A program made the position numbers and the translations under genes. Below are positions 16,404 through 24,499 of a stretch of 32,000 nucleotides of DNA, in pieces. Location of the stretch: positions 630,001 to 662,000 of the forward strand of contig NZ_AP028907.1 in assembly GCF_036323395.1 (NCBI RefSeq). Reading direction: 5' to 3'. The notes beneath the pieces are model-generated. The model was not told where the DNA came from. It saw only the letters and a program-made list of their open reading frames with translations, and did not search any database. Within the stretch, counting starts at the first letter, position 1. The number at the start of each line of letters is the position of its first letter. Origin of the DNA: Pyrodictium abyssi. GTDB lineage: Archaea; Thermoproteota; Thermoprotei_A; Sulfolobales; Pyrodictiaceae.

Positions 16404-16784
16404 CTAGCCGGCCAGCCCCTCGGACGTTATAACGTCTCTGCAGGGGGTCAGGTTGAGCGCGAGCCCGGGGTCGACGGCGTAGAGGGACCAGCAGAAGAGC
16501 CTCAGCTGGGTCTCGTTGAGCACGAGCCTCTCGCCGCCGACGTAGACCGGGGTGCCGTTCAGCGCCTCCACGGCGCCCCGCAGGGCCGCCTCCTCCAAGT
16601 CGGCGAGGTCGCGCTGCAGCCTATCGAGGAGGCTCCAATCGGGCTCCCCCTCGGCCACGGCCTCGACCACGGCCATGAGGTCGGGCAGGACGCGGTCCAC
16701 CAGGATACCCGCCACAAGCAGCGACGCGGCCAGGAGGGCTAGCGCGGGGGCGGCAGCCAGGGCTCCGCTGGCCACAGGGAGCAC
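16404..16784 (-). CDS. Small N-terminally anchored protein, paralog of ORF 15042..15482 (126 aa)
   Basis: N-terminal hydrophobic segment ALAAAPALALLAASLLVAGILV and the same C-terminal Cys/NLT motif with identical spacing. The preceding TATA-like box fits a leaderless or near-leaderless mRNA. Confidence 0.65.
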   Translation of the reverse strand: MLPVASGALAAAPALALLAASLLVAGILVDRVLPDLMAVVEAVAEGEPDWSLLDRLQRDLADLEEAALRGAVEALNGTPVYVGGERLVLNETQLRLFCWSLYAVDPGLALNLTPCRDVITSEGLAG

Positions 16785-16811
16785 CGGGTTATCTGGAGAC
16801 GCTCCGGGGTG

Positions 16812-16818
16812 TATATTA
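16812..16818 (-). promoter_or_regulatory. TATA-like box for ORF 16404..16784
   Basis: tatatta (reverse complement TAATATA) lies 28-34 nt upstream of the start codon at 16784, in otherwise very GC-rich DNA. Confidence 0.45.
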
Positions 16819-17016
16819 GTGACGCCCGGGGACCGGCTAGCCGCGCGCTACGCCCATATAACCGCGGGGCCCGGGGGAGGCCTGGGGCCGGGCCTCCCCG
16901 GCCTCCTGCGCCCGCCGCGCCTGGTTCCGCGGAGCCGCTGGATCGCCGCCACTATGGCTGCGAGCGCTACGAGGCTCAGGAGGAGGGCTAGCAGCACCCG
17001 GTTGCCGGCGAGCCTC

Positions 17017-20000
17017 TCAGCCAGCCCCGGCGCGGGGGCCCGCGTAGTCGTCGCCGGCGGCCGGGGGGGCGGCTGTGGTGGCTGTGGCGTTCGCGGGGGT
17101 CACGTTGCCCGGTGCCGTGACGTTGGCTGGGGCTAGCTGGGCGCCCGGCCCCGCGGCTAGTACGCCGCTAGCACGGGCCAGTGTGAAGGACTCTCGGGCG
17201 CCGTCGGGCACGGCGCGCAGTACTGCCTCGTAGCTGGCCGTCGCGTTGCCCCTCAGCTGTATCTTCACCCTCATGGAGGCTATGTCGCCGGGCCGTAGCG
17301 CGTCAACCCTCATGACCGCCATGCTGGTGGTGTAGCTGCCCGGCTCGGCGTCGAGCACCTCTACCCCGCTGGGGAACTTTACGCTGACAACCACGTTCCT
17401 GAGGTCTATCGAGTCCAGGTTCGCGGCGCTGACCTCTACTATGGCGCGGTCCCGGTACCTCTCCACCTCCTTGACCTCGAGGGCCACGTGGGGCACCTTC
17501 ACCCTCACCGGGACCGTGGCCAGCGTGTTGCCGTCGAGCCTGAGCACTATGTAGACCGTTGTCTCGCTCCCCAGCGGCGCGCCGGGGGAGACGTGTAGCG
17601 TAGCCCACCTGGTGGTGAACTCTCCGGGCTCAAGGTCCGCCCGCGTCGCCGGCAGGAAGAGCCTGGCTATCGAGTCGTTGCCGTTGACCGGGACTATCTC
17701 CGCGCCCTCTATCCTCATACCAGAGGCCACGTCTATCCTCACGTCCACCTCGCTCCCGGGCGGCGCCGCGACGTAGCCCGGCGTCACAGTGACCTCCACT
17801 GTGCGGCGGAGGAGCTCTAGCACTGGTATCCTGGCTACACGGTACTCCTTGATCAGGTACTGGCCGGTCTCGTCGTAGACCAGGAGCCTTGCGTCAAGCG
17901 TGTCCAGGGGCTCCAGCTTGACGGTGTCGAGGTTTACGCTTATGTCGAGCGTGCGGTGGCTCCGAGCCGGGAGCGCCACCGTCTCGGCGTAGTCGTATAT
18001 CGTGCACGCCTTCACGTCGACGCAGTCGCCCTGCCCCTTGACGAGCACAAGCCGCGCTAGGAACACGGCGTCGCGGTCCTCTGGGTTGTAGAAGGACAAG
18101 CTTATGGTAAGCCCTCTCCTCGCTATGTCTACCTCCACGTCCTCTAGCCGGGGCTCCACCATGACGGAGCGTAGCTCCACGCCACTGGTGCTTGTTGCTA
18201 TAACTTTGCCGTTCGGGTCGAGCACGTGTATGCTCATAGTGTAGACGCCGGGGTAGGCGGTCGGCGGCACCGGTATGTTGACCACGAAGCTAGCGCTGCC
18301 GCCCAGGGGCACCAGCTCCTCCCCGGACTCGGCCTCGCCCAGACCCTCTATCGAGACCCTGACCCTGAGCCGGGCGTCAGTGTTACCCGTGTTAGCCACC
18401 TTAACCTCTACGCGGAAGCTCTTACCCACCACCGGGAGGTCTAGCACACGCACCTCCTCCACGGTGGCAGAGACCACTGGCTCCACTGTCAGCAGGTTGT
18501 GGAGGCTCCAGGAGGCGTAGGGCATCCCCGCTATGTAGAGGACTGCGCGGGCGTCGTAGCTCCCTGCCGCGGCGTCGCCCGGGACCTGTATGGGGACCTG
18601 GACCAGGTTAATGCCGGGGAAGAGTGGCTCCTCAACGCTGTAGCTCCGGCCGAGCAGCTGTACCTCCAGCCGGCTCTGGACTGAGCCCTCGCCGTCCAGC
18701 CGGAGCTTCACCGAGACCAGGGCCTGGCCGCCGGGCTTCACGCTCCCCGGCGACGCGCTGTAGTCCTCCAGGGATATGCTGTACGAGACTACCTCTAGCG
18801 CGGCCTCGGCGCGGGAGGCCTCGTAGAGGTCGTCGCCCCTGAACTCCACGGCGAGGCTGTGCCTGCCCACGCCGAGCCACGAGGTGTCGAACTCAACCAC
18901 TGCCACGCCGTCTCGGCCGGTGCGGGCGCTGCCCACGAGCTTCCCGTCTACGTAGAAGCTCAGGGTGCGGCCCACGAGCGGGCCCCCGGAGACCCCGTCA
19001 ACCAGCCTGGCCTCGACGTGGGCGAGGCTGCCGCGCGACACCACGAAGCTCTGAGCCTCTATCTTGCTCGGCCTCTTCAGCACCTCGACTGTCTTGCTCT
19101 TGACGCCGGTTAGCCCCGTGTCGTCCACGACTGTGAGCGTGACGTTGTAGACACCGGGCTTCTCGAACACGTGGGTAACTATCGCGCCCTCGGCCACCGT
19201 GCCGTCGCCGAACTCCCAGCGGTACCCAGTGATGTTGCCGTCGGGGTCGTAGGAGAGGAGCCCGTAGAACGTGACGTTGACGCCCCAGTAGGGCTGCCGC
19301 GGCGAGAACCAGAACCCAGCGACCGGGGGCCTGCCCTCGACGCACCAGACCGGGCGCGAATCCAGCCAAGGCTCGTAGTACTGCCTGGGGTTAGGCCGCC
19401 CCTCAAGCCACGGCATCACTATAGGGCTGCCCTTGCCCTCCGGGTTGCCCGTAGCCCGGGGGCCCGAGGGGTCACCCCACCAGTTGTGCCCCGCGTAGAC
19501 GTAGCCCTCCTCAACCTTCAGCCCGTACTCGGCGCCCTCCAGGCAGCTGTAGCTCACCACCGCGGTAGAGTCCACAACACTCTTCACGTAGACCGCCTGG
19601 GGGCCCGAGACCCGGGAGTAGAGCACCTCTAGCCTCGCCCTGCCACCCACGCCGCCCTTCTCGCCGTCAATAATCAGGCTCTCCAGCTGGCACCTATAGA
19701 TCCTCATCACGGTGGACTGGCCGTAGAGGCCCCAGTCCTCGCGCACCCAGTTATCCGCAATGCTCTCGCCCCGGACCAGAACCCTCCCCATAACGGTGTT
19801 GCTCGCAACAAGACTCGACTGGTCCAGGCCGCGGCCCGAGGAGGTGCCGTTGTAGAGCCCATAGCCGTGGATAGTGAGGCCCTCCAGCGTGGAGTCTGTG
19901 ATGCTCATCCACGAGGATAGCAGCCCCTCAGGCCCCTCTACCACTACGCTGCCCAGCCTCACACGCTCCAGCACCAGGCTACTACGGAACAGCGCTGCGC

Positions 20001-20799
20001 CCTCCCCCGCGTAGCTCCGGTCTACCACCACGGAGAGCCCGGAGAACACGGAGTCGCTGATGCTTATCCGGGACTCGTAGACACCATACATGACCGCCGG
20101 CACTAGCTTGTAGCTCGTGACGGTGACAGTCGTGTTGCCGGTAGTGATGTTGTAGCGGATGGGCACCTTCACCTGCAGCCCGGTGGCGTAGGAGTGCACC
20201 ACGAACTCCCCCGTGGCGTTGACGCGGCTCAAAGTTATCTCGGACTGGTACACCGCGCTAGTCTCGTTGCCCAGGCCCAGCGACTCCACCCTAAAGTCGC
20301 CCACAATGGTCACGTTGTCCAGCGCCACCGTGGAGTTGTAGACGCTCCGGTAGGCCGCCTTGAAGGACAGCCCGCCACGTATAACAGAGTCCGTAAACGT
20401 CACGTTGGACTCCGTGAGCCCTGTAAACTCCAGGCCATCCTCGACAACAACGTTCTTGAACACCAGGACCGAGCCCGTCACAACAAGCGTGCCGCGCCCC
20501 ACCAGTGTTACCGGGCTCCCCGGCTTACCCTCGGCAAGGATCACGCCACGGTCAACCGTGACCGTGACGCCGGGCGCGAATATCAGGACAACACCGTCCT
20601 CTATCCGGACCTCGGCCTTAATCCGGATATCCCTCGTGATTATGTACGGGCTCCCCTCACGAGTCAACACAGTATTGACTATGATATCGCGGTCGATAGG
20701 CGTAGGGCTCGCCTCAGCCCCCGCCGCGCCCCACACCCAGCCCGCCAGAGACACAAGGTACAGTACAAGGAGTATGGACACCAGTAGCCGCCTATACAA
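17017..20799 (-). CDS. Giant secreted surface protein (1260 aa): signal peptide, parallel beta-helix repeats, PKD domain, Ig/CARDB-like repeats
   Basis: Signal peptide MYRRLLVSILLVLYLVSLAGWVWGAAGA (TTG start). Residues about 40-440 are repetitive V/T/S-rich beta-helix-like turns ending in HNWWGDPSGP. The PKD signature is GYRWEFGDGTVAEGAIVTHVFEKPGVYNVTLTVVDDTGLTG (about 19081..19329). VKVANTGNTDA is CARDB-like. The C-terminal PANVT/ATATTAAPP linker is glycosylation-prone. Confidence 0.8.
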   Translation of the reverse strand: MYRRLLVSILLVLYLVSLAGWVWGAAGAEASPTPIDRDIIVNTVLTREGSPYIITRDIRIKAEVRIEDGVVLIFAPGVTVTVDRGVILAEGKPGSPVTLVGRGTLVVTGSVLVFKNVVVEDGLEFTGLTESNVTFTDSVIRGGLSFKAAYRSVYNSTVALDNVTIVGDFRVESLGLGNETSAVYQSEITLSRVNATGEFVVHSYATGLQVKVPIRYNITTGNTTVTVTSYKLVPAVMYGVYESRISISDSVFSGLSVVVDRSYAGEGAALFRSSLVLERVRLGSVVVEGPEGLLSSWMSITDSTLEGLTIHGYGLYNGTSSGRGLDQSSLVASNTVMGRVLVRGESIADNWVREDWGLYGQSTVMRIYRCQLESLIIDGEKGGVGGRARLEVLYSRVSGPQAVYVKSVVDSTAVVSYSCLEGAEYGLKVEEGYVYAGHNWWGDPSGPRATGNPEGKGSPIVMPWLEGRPNPRQYYEPWLDSRPVWCVEGRPPVAGFWFSPRQPYWGVNVTFYGLLSYDPDGNITGYRWEFGDGTVAEGAIVTHVFEKPGVYNVTLTVVDDTGLTGVKSKTVEVLKRPSKIEAQSFVVSRGSLAHVEARLVDGVSGGPLVGRTLSFYVDGKLVGSARTGRDGVAVVEFDTSWLGVGRHSLAVEFRGDDLYEASRAEAALEVVSYSISLEDYSASPGSVKPGGQALVSVKLRLDGEGSVQSRLEVQLLGRSYSVEEPLFPGINLVQVPIQVPGDAAAGSYDARAVLYIAGMPYASWSLHNLLTVEPVVSATVEEVRVLDLPVVGKSFRVEVKVANTGNTDARLRVRVSIEGLGEAESGEELVPLGGSASFVVNIPVPPTAYPGVYTMSIHVLDPNGKVIATSTSGVELRSVMVEPRLEDVEVDIARRGLTISLSFYNPEDRDAVFLARLVLVKGQGDCVDVKACTIYDYAETVALPARSHRTLDISVNLDTVKLEPLDTLDARLLVYDETGQYLIKEYRVARIPVLELLRRTVEVTVTPGYVAAPPGSEVDVRIDVASGMRIEGAEIVPVNGNDSIARLFLPATRADLEPGEFTTRWATLHVSPGAPLGSETTVYIVLRLDGNTLATVPVRVKVPHVALEVKEVERYRDRAIVEVSAANLDSIDLRNVVVSVKFPSGVEVLDAEPGSYTTSMAVMRVDALRPGDIASMRVKIQLRGNATASYEAVLRAVPDGARESFTLARASGVLAAGPGAQLAPANVTAPGNVTPANATATTAAPPAAGDDYAGPRAGAG

Positions 20800-21017
20800 G
20801 CCCTAAGCCCCAGAGGACACGCCAAGCCAGTATCCCTACTTAAACCCATTAGACCAACCACACAAATACGGGTAAACAGCTCCACAGAATACCCTAATAG
20901 ACTAGAACAGCGCGGAGCCAGACAAGCCACAGAACAACATAGCCCGTAGACCAGCTCAAGAGAAACCAGCACACCCGGGAAGACAACAAGGTGGAAGATA
21001 TGCGGGCCGTAGCTGTC

Positions 21018-21023
21018 AAAAAA
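21018..21023 (-). terminator. Oligo-T tract (T6) within a short inverted repeat, downstream of ORF 21066..21758
   Basis: gtcaaaaaagcttgac on the plus strand is GTCAAGCTTTTTTGAC on the coding strand, about 43 nt after the stop. Confidence 0.5.
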
Positions 21024-21065
21024 GCTTGACCTGCGCCTTGGAGAGCCCGGCGCTCTTAGCGTGCG

Positions 21066-21758
21066 TTAGCCTACCTGCAGTACCTGGAAGTTGAGTATTA
21101 CTGGTAGGCTGTCGAATAGCATGCCCTCCCTAGCCTCATAGAAGGCCTTGACCGTTAGTACAGCGAATGTAGCGTCATTGCCCATGCCATTGAATACGCC
21201 ACTCTTAGTTATCTGCCAGCTGCCAGTTGCGTTGCCTATTTCTATCTTATCGCTGGGTGAACCTGGTACCCAGAATGTTACGTTTGCTGGTATGCTTGCA
21301 GCTGTCTCGTTCAGCTTAGCAATATTGAACAAGTCTTCAGCGTCAAGTATTATTACGGCTTTAGGCTTCTGTAGGGAGAGGACAGCTTTGATCTCTGAGT
21401 AGTTGCCTATAGCGGACTCGTTTGTGTTGAAGGCGCTTGTTATCTGTAGCTGTAGGTACTTGAAGTATGGCCTTAGCTGTGCGGCATTGGCTATTTTTAC
21501 TAGGAGCTTTACGTCGTTTACGTCGGCGCGTACTGGCACTAGCACAAAGCCCATGTCCTCGCTGCCCTGGGCGCCGGCGGCGGGGGCTATGTTGGTGTTG
21601 AGCTTGCTCACTACGTCTATTGGCTCGCTTACCGCCTCTGCTGTACCGGTGGCGTAGAAGCTGTTGAGCGGGCTCTGGGTGGTGGCGAAGCCTGCTAGCA
21701 GGGCGAGGGCGGCAGCCGAGGCGATGATACCCGCTATAGCTAGGGTTGTGTACCTCAC
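21066..21758 (-). CDS. Secreted fibre-subunit-like protein, 230-aa paralog; cannula (Can)/ABP/TasA-like candidate
   Basis: GTG start. The first 40 aa are identical to ORF 11011..11535. The C-terminus is AFYEAREGMLFDSLPVILNFQVLQVG. The middle differs from the short paralog through an insertion-rich region with several N-x-S/T sequons. Confidence 0.8.
   Translation of the reverse strand: MRYTTLAIAGIIASAAALALLAGFATTQSPLNSFYATGTAEAVSEPIDVVSKLNTNIAPAAGAQGSEDMGFVLVPVRADVNDVKLLVKIANAAQLRPYFKYLQLQITSAFNTNESAIGNYSEIKAVLSLQKPKAVIILDAEDLFNIAKLNETAASIPANVTFWVPGSPSDKIEIGNATGSWQITKSGVFNGMGNDATFAVLTVKAFYEAREGMLFDSLPVILNFQVLQVG
21611..21758 (-). repeat. Conserved 5' coding block shared with 11388..11535
   Basis: See the partner feature at 11388..11535. 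The near identity also produces the mirror-image antisense ORFs 11441..11650 and 21664.., both beginning MSGLWVVAKPASRARAAAEAMIPAIARVVYL. Confidence 0.9.
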
Positions 21759-21812
21759 TTTTTACGCACCCCTACTCTGGCTCTGGTTCGTGTCTACTCC
21801 CGTTTCATGCAA

Positions 21813-21822
21813 CTTATATATT
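21813..21822. promoter_or_regulatory. TATA-like element in a divergent spacer (cttatatatt)
   Basis: Only strongly AT-rich element between the divergent genes 21066..21758 (-) and about 21877..22749 (+). It lies 55-64 nt from each start. Confidence 0.4.
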
Positions 21823-21876
21823 GTTTCTCTGCGCTGTCAAGCTGGTATATGTGTAACGTGTGTTATTATTGGCTTG

Positions 21877-22749
21877 GTGCGGTGGGTGTTTAGGCTCCGG
21901 GCGGGGGGAGCGCTACGAGGGGCGCTGGCTGTGGCCTGGCGTGCCTGGGTAGCTGTATCCAATGCTGTCCACTTCGAGGATGATGCTGGGCTCTGGGTTG
22001 ATGGGGACCGCGGCGCTGTGGCGGTGGCGGATGGGGTCTCGATGTCCCGGGGCGGGGGCGCCTCGTTCCTGGCCGCGTGGGGGTTCGCTGCGCTCTGCCG
22101 GGCCCTGCTGCCGGACTGGAGGGGGAGCCTGGCGGGGGCCGCGCAGCGGTGCCTAGAGCTGCTGGACCGCGCCGCCCGGGAGGCGCTGGCGCTCGACGCC
22201 GCGGCTGTGGCGGAGGCGAAGCAGCGGTACTACCGCGGCTGCGGCTCTCCCTGCACCCGGCCCCCGGGCCTCGCCGAGCTAGAGGCCCTGAGGCCCCTGG
22301 AGCCCGGGGGGAGGGGCGCCGAGGCGAAGCCGAGCTCGACGCTCCTCGCAGCGCTCCTGGGCCCCGGGGGCCGGGCCGCGCTGGTGCTAGCCGGCGACGG
22401 CGCGGTGGTAGCGACCACGGGGGGCCGGGAGGACACCTGGCTCCTCTGGGGCGCGCTGCCCCAGTTCTACGAGGGGAGCCGGGTCGCCCGCTTCCTGGAG
22501 GTCGGCGGCGGGCTCCGGGGCGAGCCGGTGGTGCTGGAGACCATCCTGCCCCGGGGCACCCTGCTAGCCCTGGCGACGGACGGTGTGGACCCCGCGGCGC
22601 TCGCCGAGGAGCTGGTAGAGCTGGCCAGGCGGGGCATCCCCGAGCCCGCCGCCGAGAACCCGGCCGGCTACCTGCTACGCCGCATAGAGGAGCGCACCGG
22701 GGGCCTAGAGGACGACGCCACCCTCGCGCTGGTGGAGTGGACGGGCTAG
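21877..22749 (+). CDS. PP2C/SpoIIE-like protein phosphatase (divergent)
   Basis: Motifs in PPM order: WVDGDRGAVAVADGVSMSRGGGAS, LLALATDGVDP and LEDDATLALVEW. The ORF track starts at 21664, but that part is antisense to the neighbouring gene. TTG 21874 or GTG 21877 are the first plausible starts. Confidence 0.55.
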   Translation: MRWVFRLRAGGALRGALAVAWRAWVAVSNAVHFEDDAGLWVDGDRGAVAVADGVSMSRGGGASFLAAWGFAALCRALLPDWRGSLAGAAQRCLELLDRAAREALALDAAAVAEAKQRYYRGCGSPCTRPPGLAELEALRPLEPGGRGAEAKPSSTLLAALLGPGGRAALVLAGDGAVVATTGGREDTWLLWGALPQFYEGSRVARFLEVGGGLRGEPVVLETILPRGTLLALATDGVDPAALAEELVELARRGIPEPAAENPAGYLLRRIEERTGGLEDDATLALVEWTG

Positions 22750-22810
22750 CCCCCCGGGGCCCAGCCCTAATTAGGCGCATACGGCCCGGTATAGCCTGGG
22801 GGCGGAGCTC

Positions 22811-23605
22811 GTGGCTGGCGCGGTGGACCGGAGGGCTCTCGGGGAGGCGCTGCTGGAGCTGCTTGAGGAGGACCGGGAGTTCCGCCACGCTGTGATGGGG
22901 CTGCTGGGCTACCGCGAGGTACTGGAGAGGATAACCAGGCTTGAGGAGCGGTTCGCGAGACTAGAGGAGAGGTTCGCCAAGCTGGAGGAGGAGTTCCTGG
23001 AGCTGCGGAGGGCCCAGCAACGCCTCGAAGAGAGGCAGCAGCGCCTAGAGGAGAGGTTCCAGAAGCTAGAAGAAAGATTCGCAGAGCTAGAGGAGCACTT
23101 TGCCCGGCTGGAGGAGCGCTTCGCCAAGCTGGAGGAGGAGTTCCAGAAGCTAGAGGAGAGGCAGCAGCGCCTAGAGGAGAGGATGGCTAGGCTAGAGGAG
23201 GAGATGAGGGAGACGCGGAGGGTGCTGAACACGATCGCGCACAGGTTCGGGCTGCTCACGGAGACGGGGTTCCGCGAGGCCATGCGGTACGTGGTCGAGG
23301 AGGCTCTCGGCGCCGCCCGGGTCGAGAGGCTCTCCCTCCGGGACGAGGAGGGCCTAGTCTACGGCTACCCCGCCACCGTGGACATAGACCTGGTGGTGAG
23401 GGACGGGGAGCACATAATCGTCGAGGTCAAGTCCAGGGTGGACCCGGGGGACGTGGCGGTCCTCGCCCGCAAGGCCAGGCTCTACGAGAGGGAGACCGGC
23501 ACCAGGCCCCGGGCAGTGATACTGGGCGGCTACGTGGCCCCCTCGGCCTACGAGGCCGCAGCCCGGCTGGGCGTCACGGTCAGGCCCTACCTCAGGGAGG
23601 ACTAA
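22811..23605 (+). CDS. Heptad coiled-coil protein with a C-terminal PD-(D/E)XK nuclease-fold domain
   Basis: It has 13 consecutive xLEExxx heptads followed by a C-terminal domain. That domain carries YPATVDIDLVVRDGEHIIVEVKSRV, the D...(D/E)xK pattern of restriction-endonuclease-like folds. I remember this architecture from crenarchaeal DUF3782 + PDDEXK-type proteins, but have not verified it. Confidence 0.6.
   Translation: MAGAVDRRALGEALLELLEEDREFRHAVMGLLGYREVLERITRLEERFARLEERFAKLEEEFLELRRAQQRLEERQQRLEERFQKLEERFAELEEHFARLEERFAKLEEEFQKLEERQQRLEERMARLEEEMRETRRVLNTIAHRFGLLTETGFREAMRYVVEEALGAARVERLSLRDEEGLVYGYPATVDIDLVVRDGEHIIVEVKSRVDPGDVAVLARKARLYERETGTRPRAVILGGYVAPSAYEAAARLGVTVRPYLRED
22937..23209 (+). 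repeat. In-frame 21-nt (heptad) tandem repeats, with an internal duplication
   Basis: The repeats read RLEERFA RLEERFA KLEEEFL ELRRAQQ RLEERQQ RLEERFQ KLEERFA ELEEHFA RLEERFA KLEEEFQ KLEERQQ RLEERMA RLEEEMR. The block LEERFAKLEEEF..ERQQRLEER occurs twice. Confidence 0.85.
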
Positions 23606-23662
23606 GCCCCCAGCGCCAGGATGCTATAGCTACGCTTATCCCTCTCCCCATCTCCTCTAGCG

Positions 23663-24334
23663 TTGTGGTGGAGAGGGGCCCCTACTGTGTCCCTGATAAG
23701 CCGGCTGCTGGAGGAGATGGACCGGGAGCCCGGGGAGGCCCGGAGGCTCGCAAGGAGGCTAGCCTCCGACATAGCCTCGGAGGAGACGCTGCGCTCACTA
23801 CTCCTAGAGGCCGTGGTCCGGGAGACGGCTACCAGGGAGGACCTGGAGCGGCTCGGAGACAGGCTAGAGGGGAGGATAGAAGCCCTACACGGGGAGATGA
23901 AGACACTAGCCGCCAGGGACGAGCTGAGGGCGGAGGTACAGAGGCTGGAGGAGAGGATAGCAGGGGTAGAACAGAAGATAGAAGCCCTACGCGGAGAACT
24001 GGCGGAGACCAGGGAGAGGATGGCGACCAAGGAGGAGCTGGAGAAGCTGCGCGGGGAGATGAAGACGCTGGCATCGGAGGAGAGAGTGGCAAGGATAGAG
24101 GAGAGGATAGCAGGGGTAGAGCAGAGGATGGCGACACGGGAGGAGCTGTACGCCGTGAGGGAGGAGCTACGCGGGGAGATCCACCGTACACGGGAGGAGC
24201 TACGGGCAGAGATAAGCCGGCTCCACAGCCGCCTCGACACCCTAGTCAAGTGGACCATAGGCCTACTCGTAACAGTCTGGGCAGCAACACTAGCCGCAAT
24301 GCTCACAGCACTAAGGCTACTAGCAGGAGGCTAG
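23663..24334 (+). CDS. Tail-anchored coiled-coil protein with ATREEL/ATKEEL repeats (223 aa)
   Basis: Long helical repeat region (MATKEELEKLRGEMKTLA, MATREELYAVREELRGEI) and a single C-terminal TM (WTIGLLVTVWAATLAAMLTALRLL). Clear paralog of ORF 26015..26764. The start is TTG 23663 or GTG 23687. Confidence 0.65.
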   Translation: MWWRGAPTVSLISRLLEEMDREPGEARRLARRLASDIASEETLRSLLLEAVVRETATREDLERLGDRLEGRIEALHGEMKTLAARDELRAEVQRLEERIAGVEQKIEALRGELAETRERMATKEELEKLRGEMKTLASEERVARIEERIAGVEQRMATREELYAVREELRGEIHRTREELRAEISRLHSRLDTLVKWTIGLLVTVWAATLAAMLTALRLLAGG

Positions 24335-24453
24335 CCCCAGGAACACCCCCGTGCTTCTCTAAGGCGCTGACTCCGACGCCCCCAGCCCGAGCAGAACAAG
24401 GCCGTAGAAGAACCAAGAGGGGCCCAGAACCCCCCAGGAGGGGGAGGGGAAGG

Positions 24454-24458
24454 AAAAA
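24454..24458 (-). terminator. Oligo-T tract (T5) downstream of ORF 24500..25669
   Basis: ggaaggaaaaagg on the plus strand is CCTTTTTCCTTCC on the coding strand, about 45 nt after the stop. Confidence 0.4.
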
Positions 24459-24499
24459 GGCGGTGTCTCTCGGGGGCCTCGGGCTGCCGCCCCCGCCGG

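Noticed and set aside
21664-21876. N-terminal extension of the PP2C-like ORF (and the twin ORF 11441..11650), both beginning MSGLWVVAKPASRARAAAEAM
   Set aside because: Both are the antisense image of the conserved signal-peptide block of the fibre genes. Their identity reflects that repeat, not a real protein.
21890-22888. Long antisense or overlapping ORFs in very GC-rich genes (also 3235..4008, 22077..22895, 23665..24528, 27034..27855, 27952..28533, 8156..8668, 16552..17136)
   Set aside because: Their products are Arg/Pro/Gly/Ala-rich and low-complexity. They lie opposite or out of frame to ORFs with clear family motifs. This is the typical stop-codon-poor artefact of high-GC DNA.
22937-23209. 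Regular 21-nt periodic repeats that could be mistaken for a CRISPR-like or satellite array
   Set aside because: The repeats are in frame, have no spacers, and encode perfect coiled-coil heptads inside a long ORF. No CRISPR repeat-spacer architecture exists anywhere in the window.
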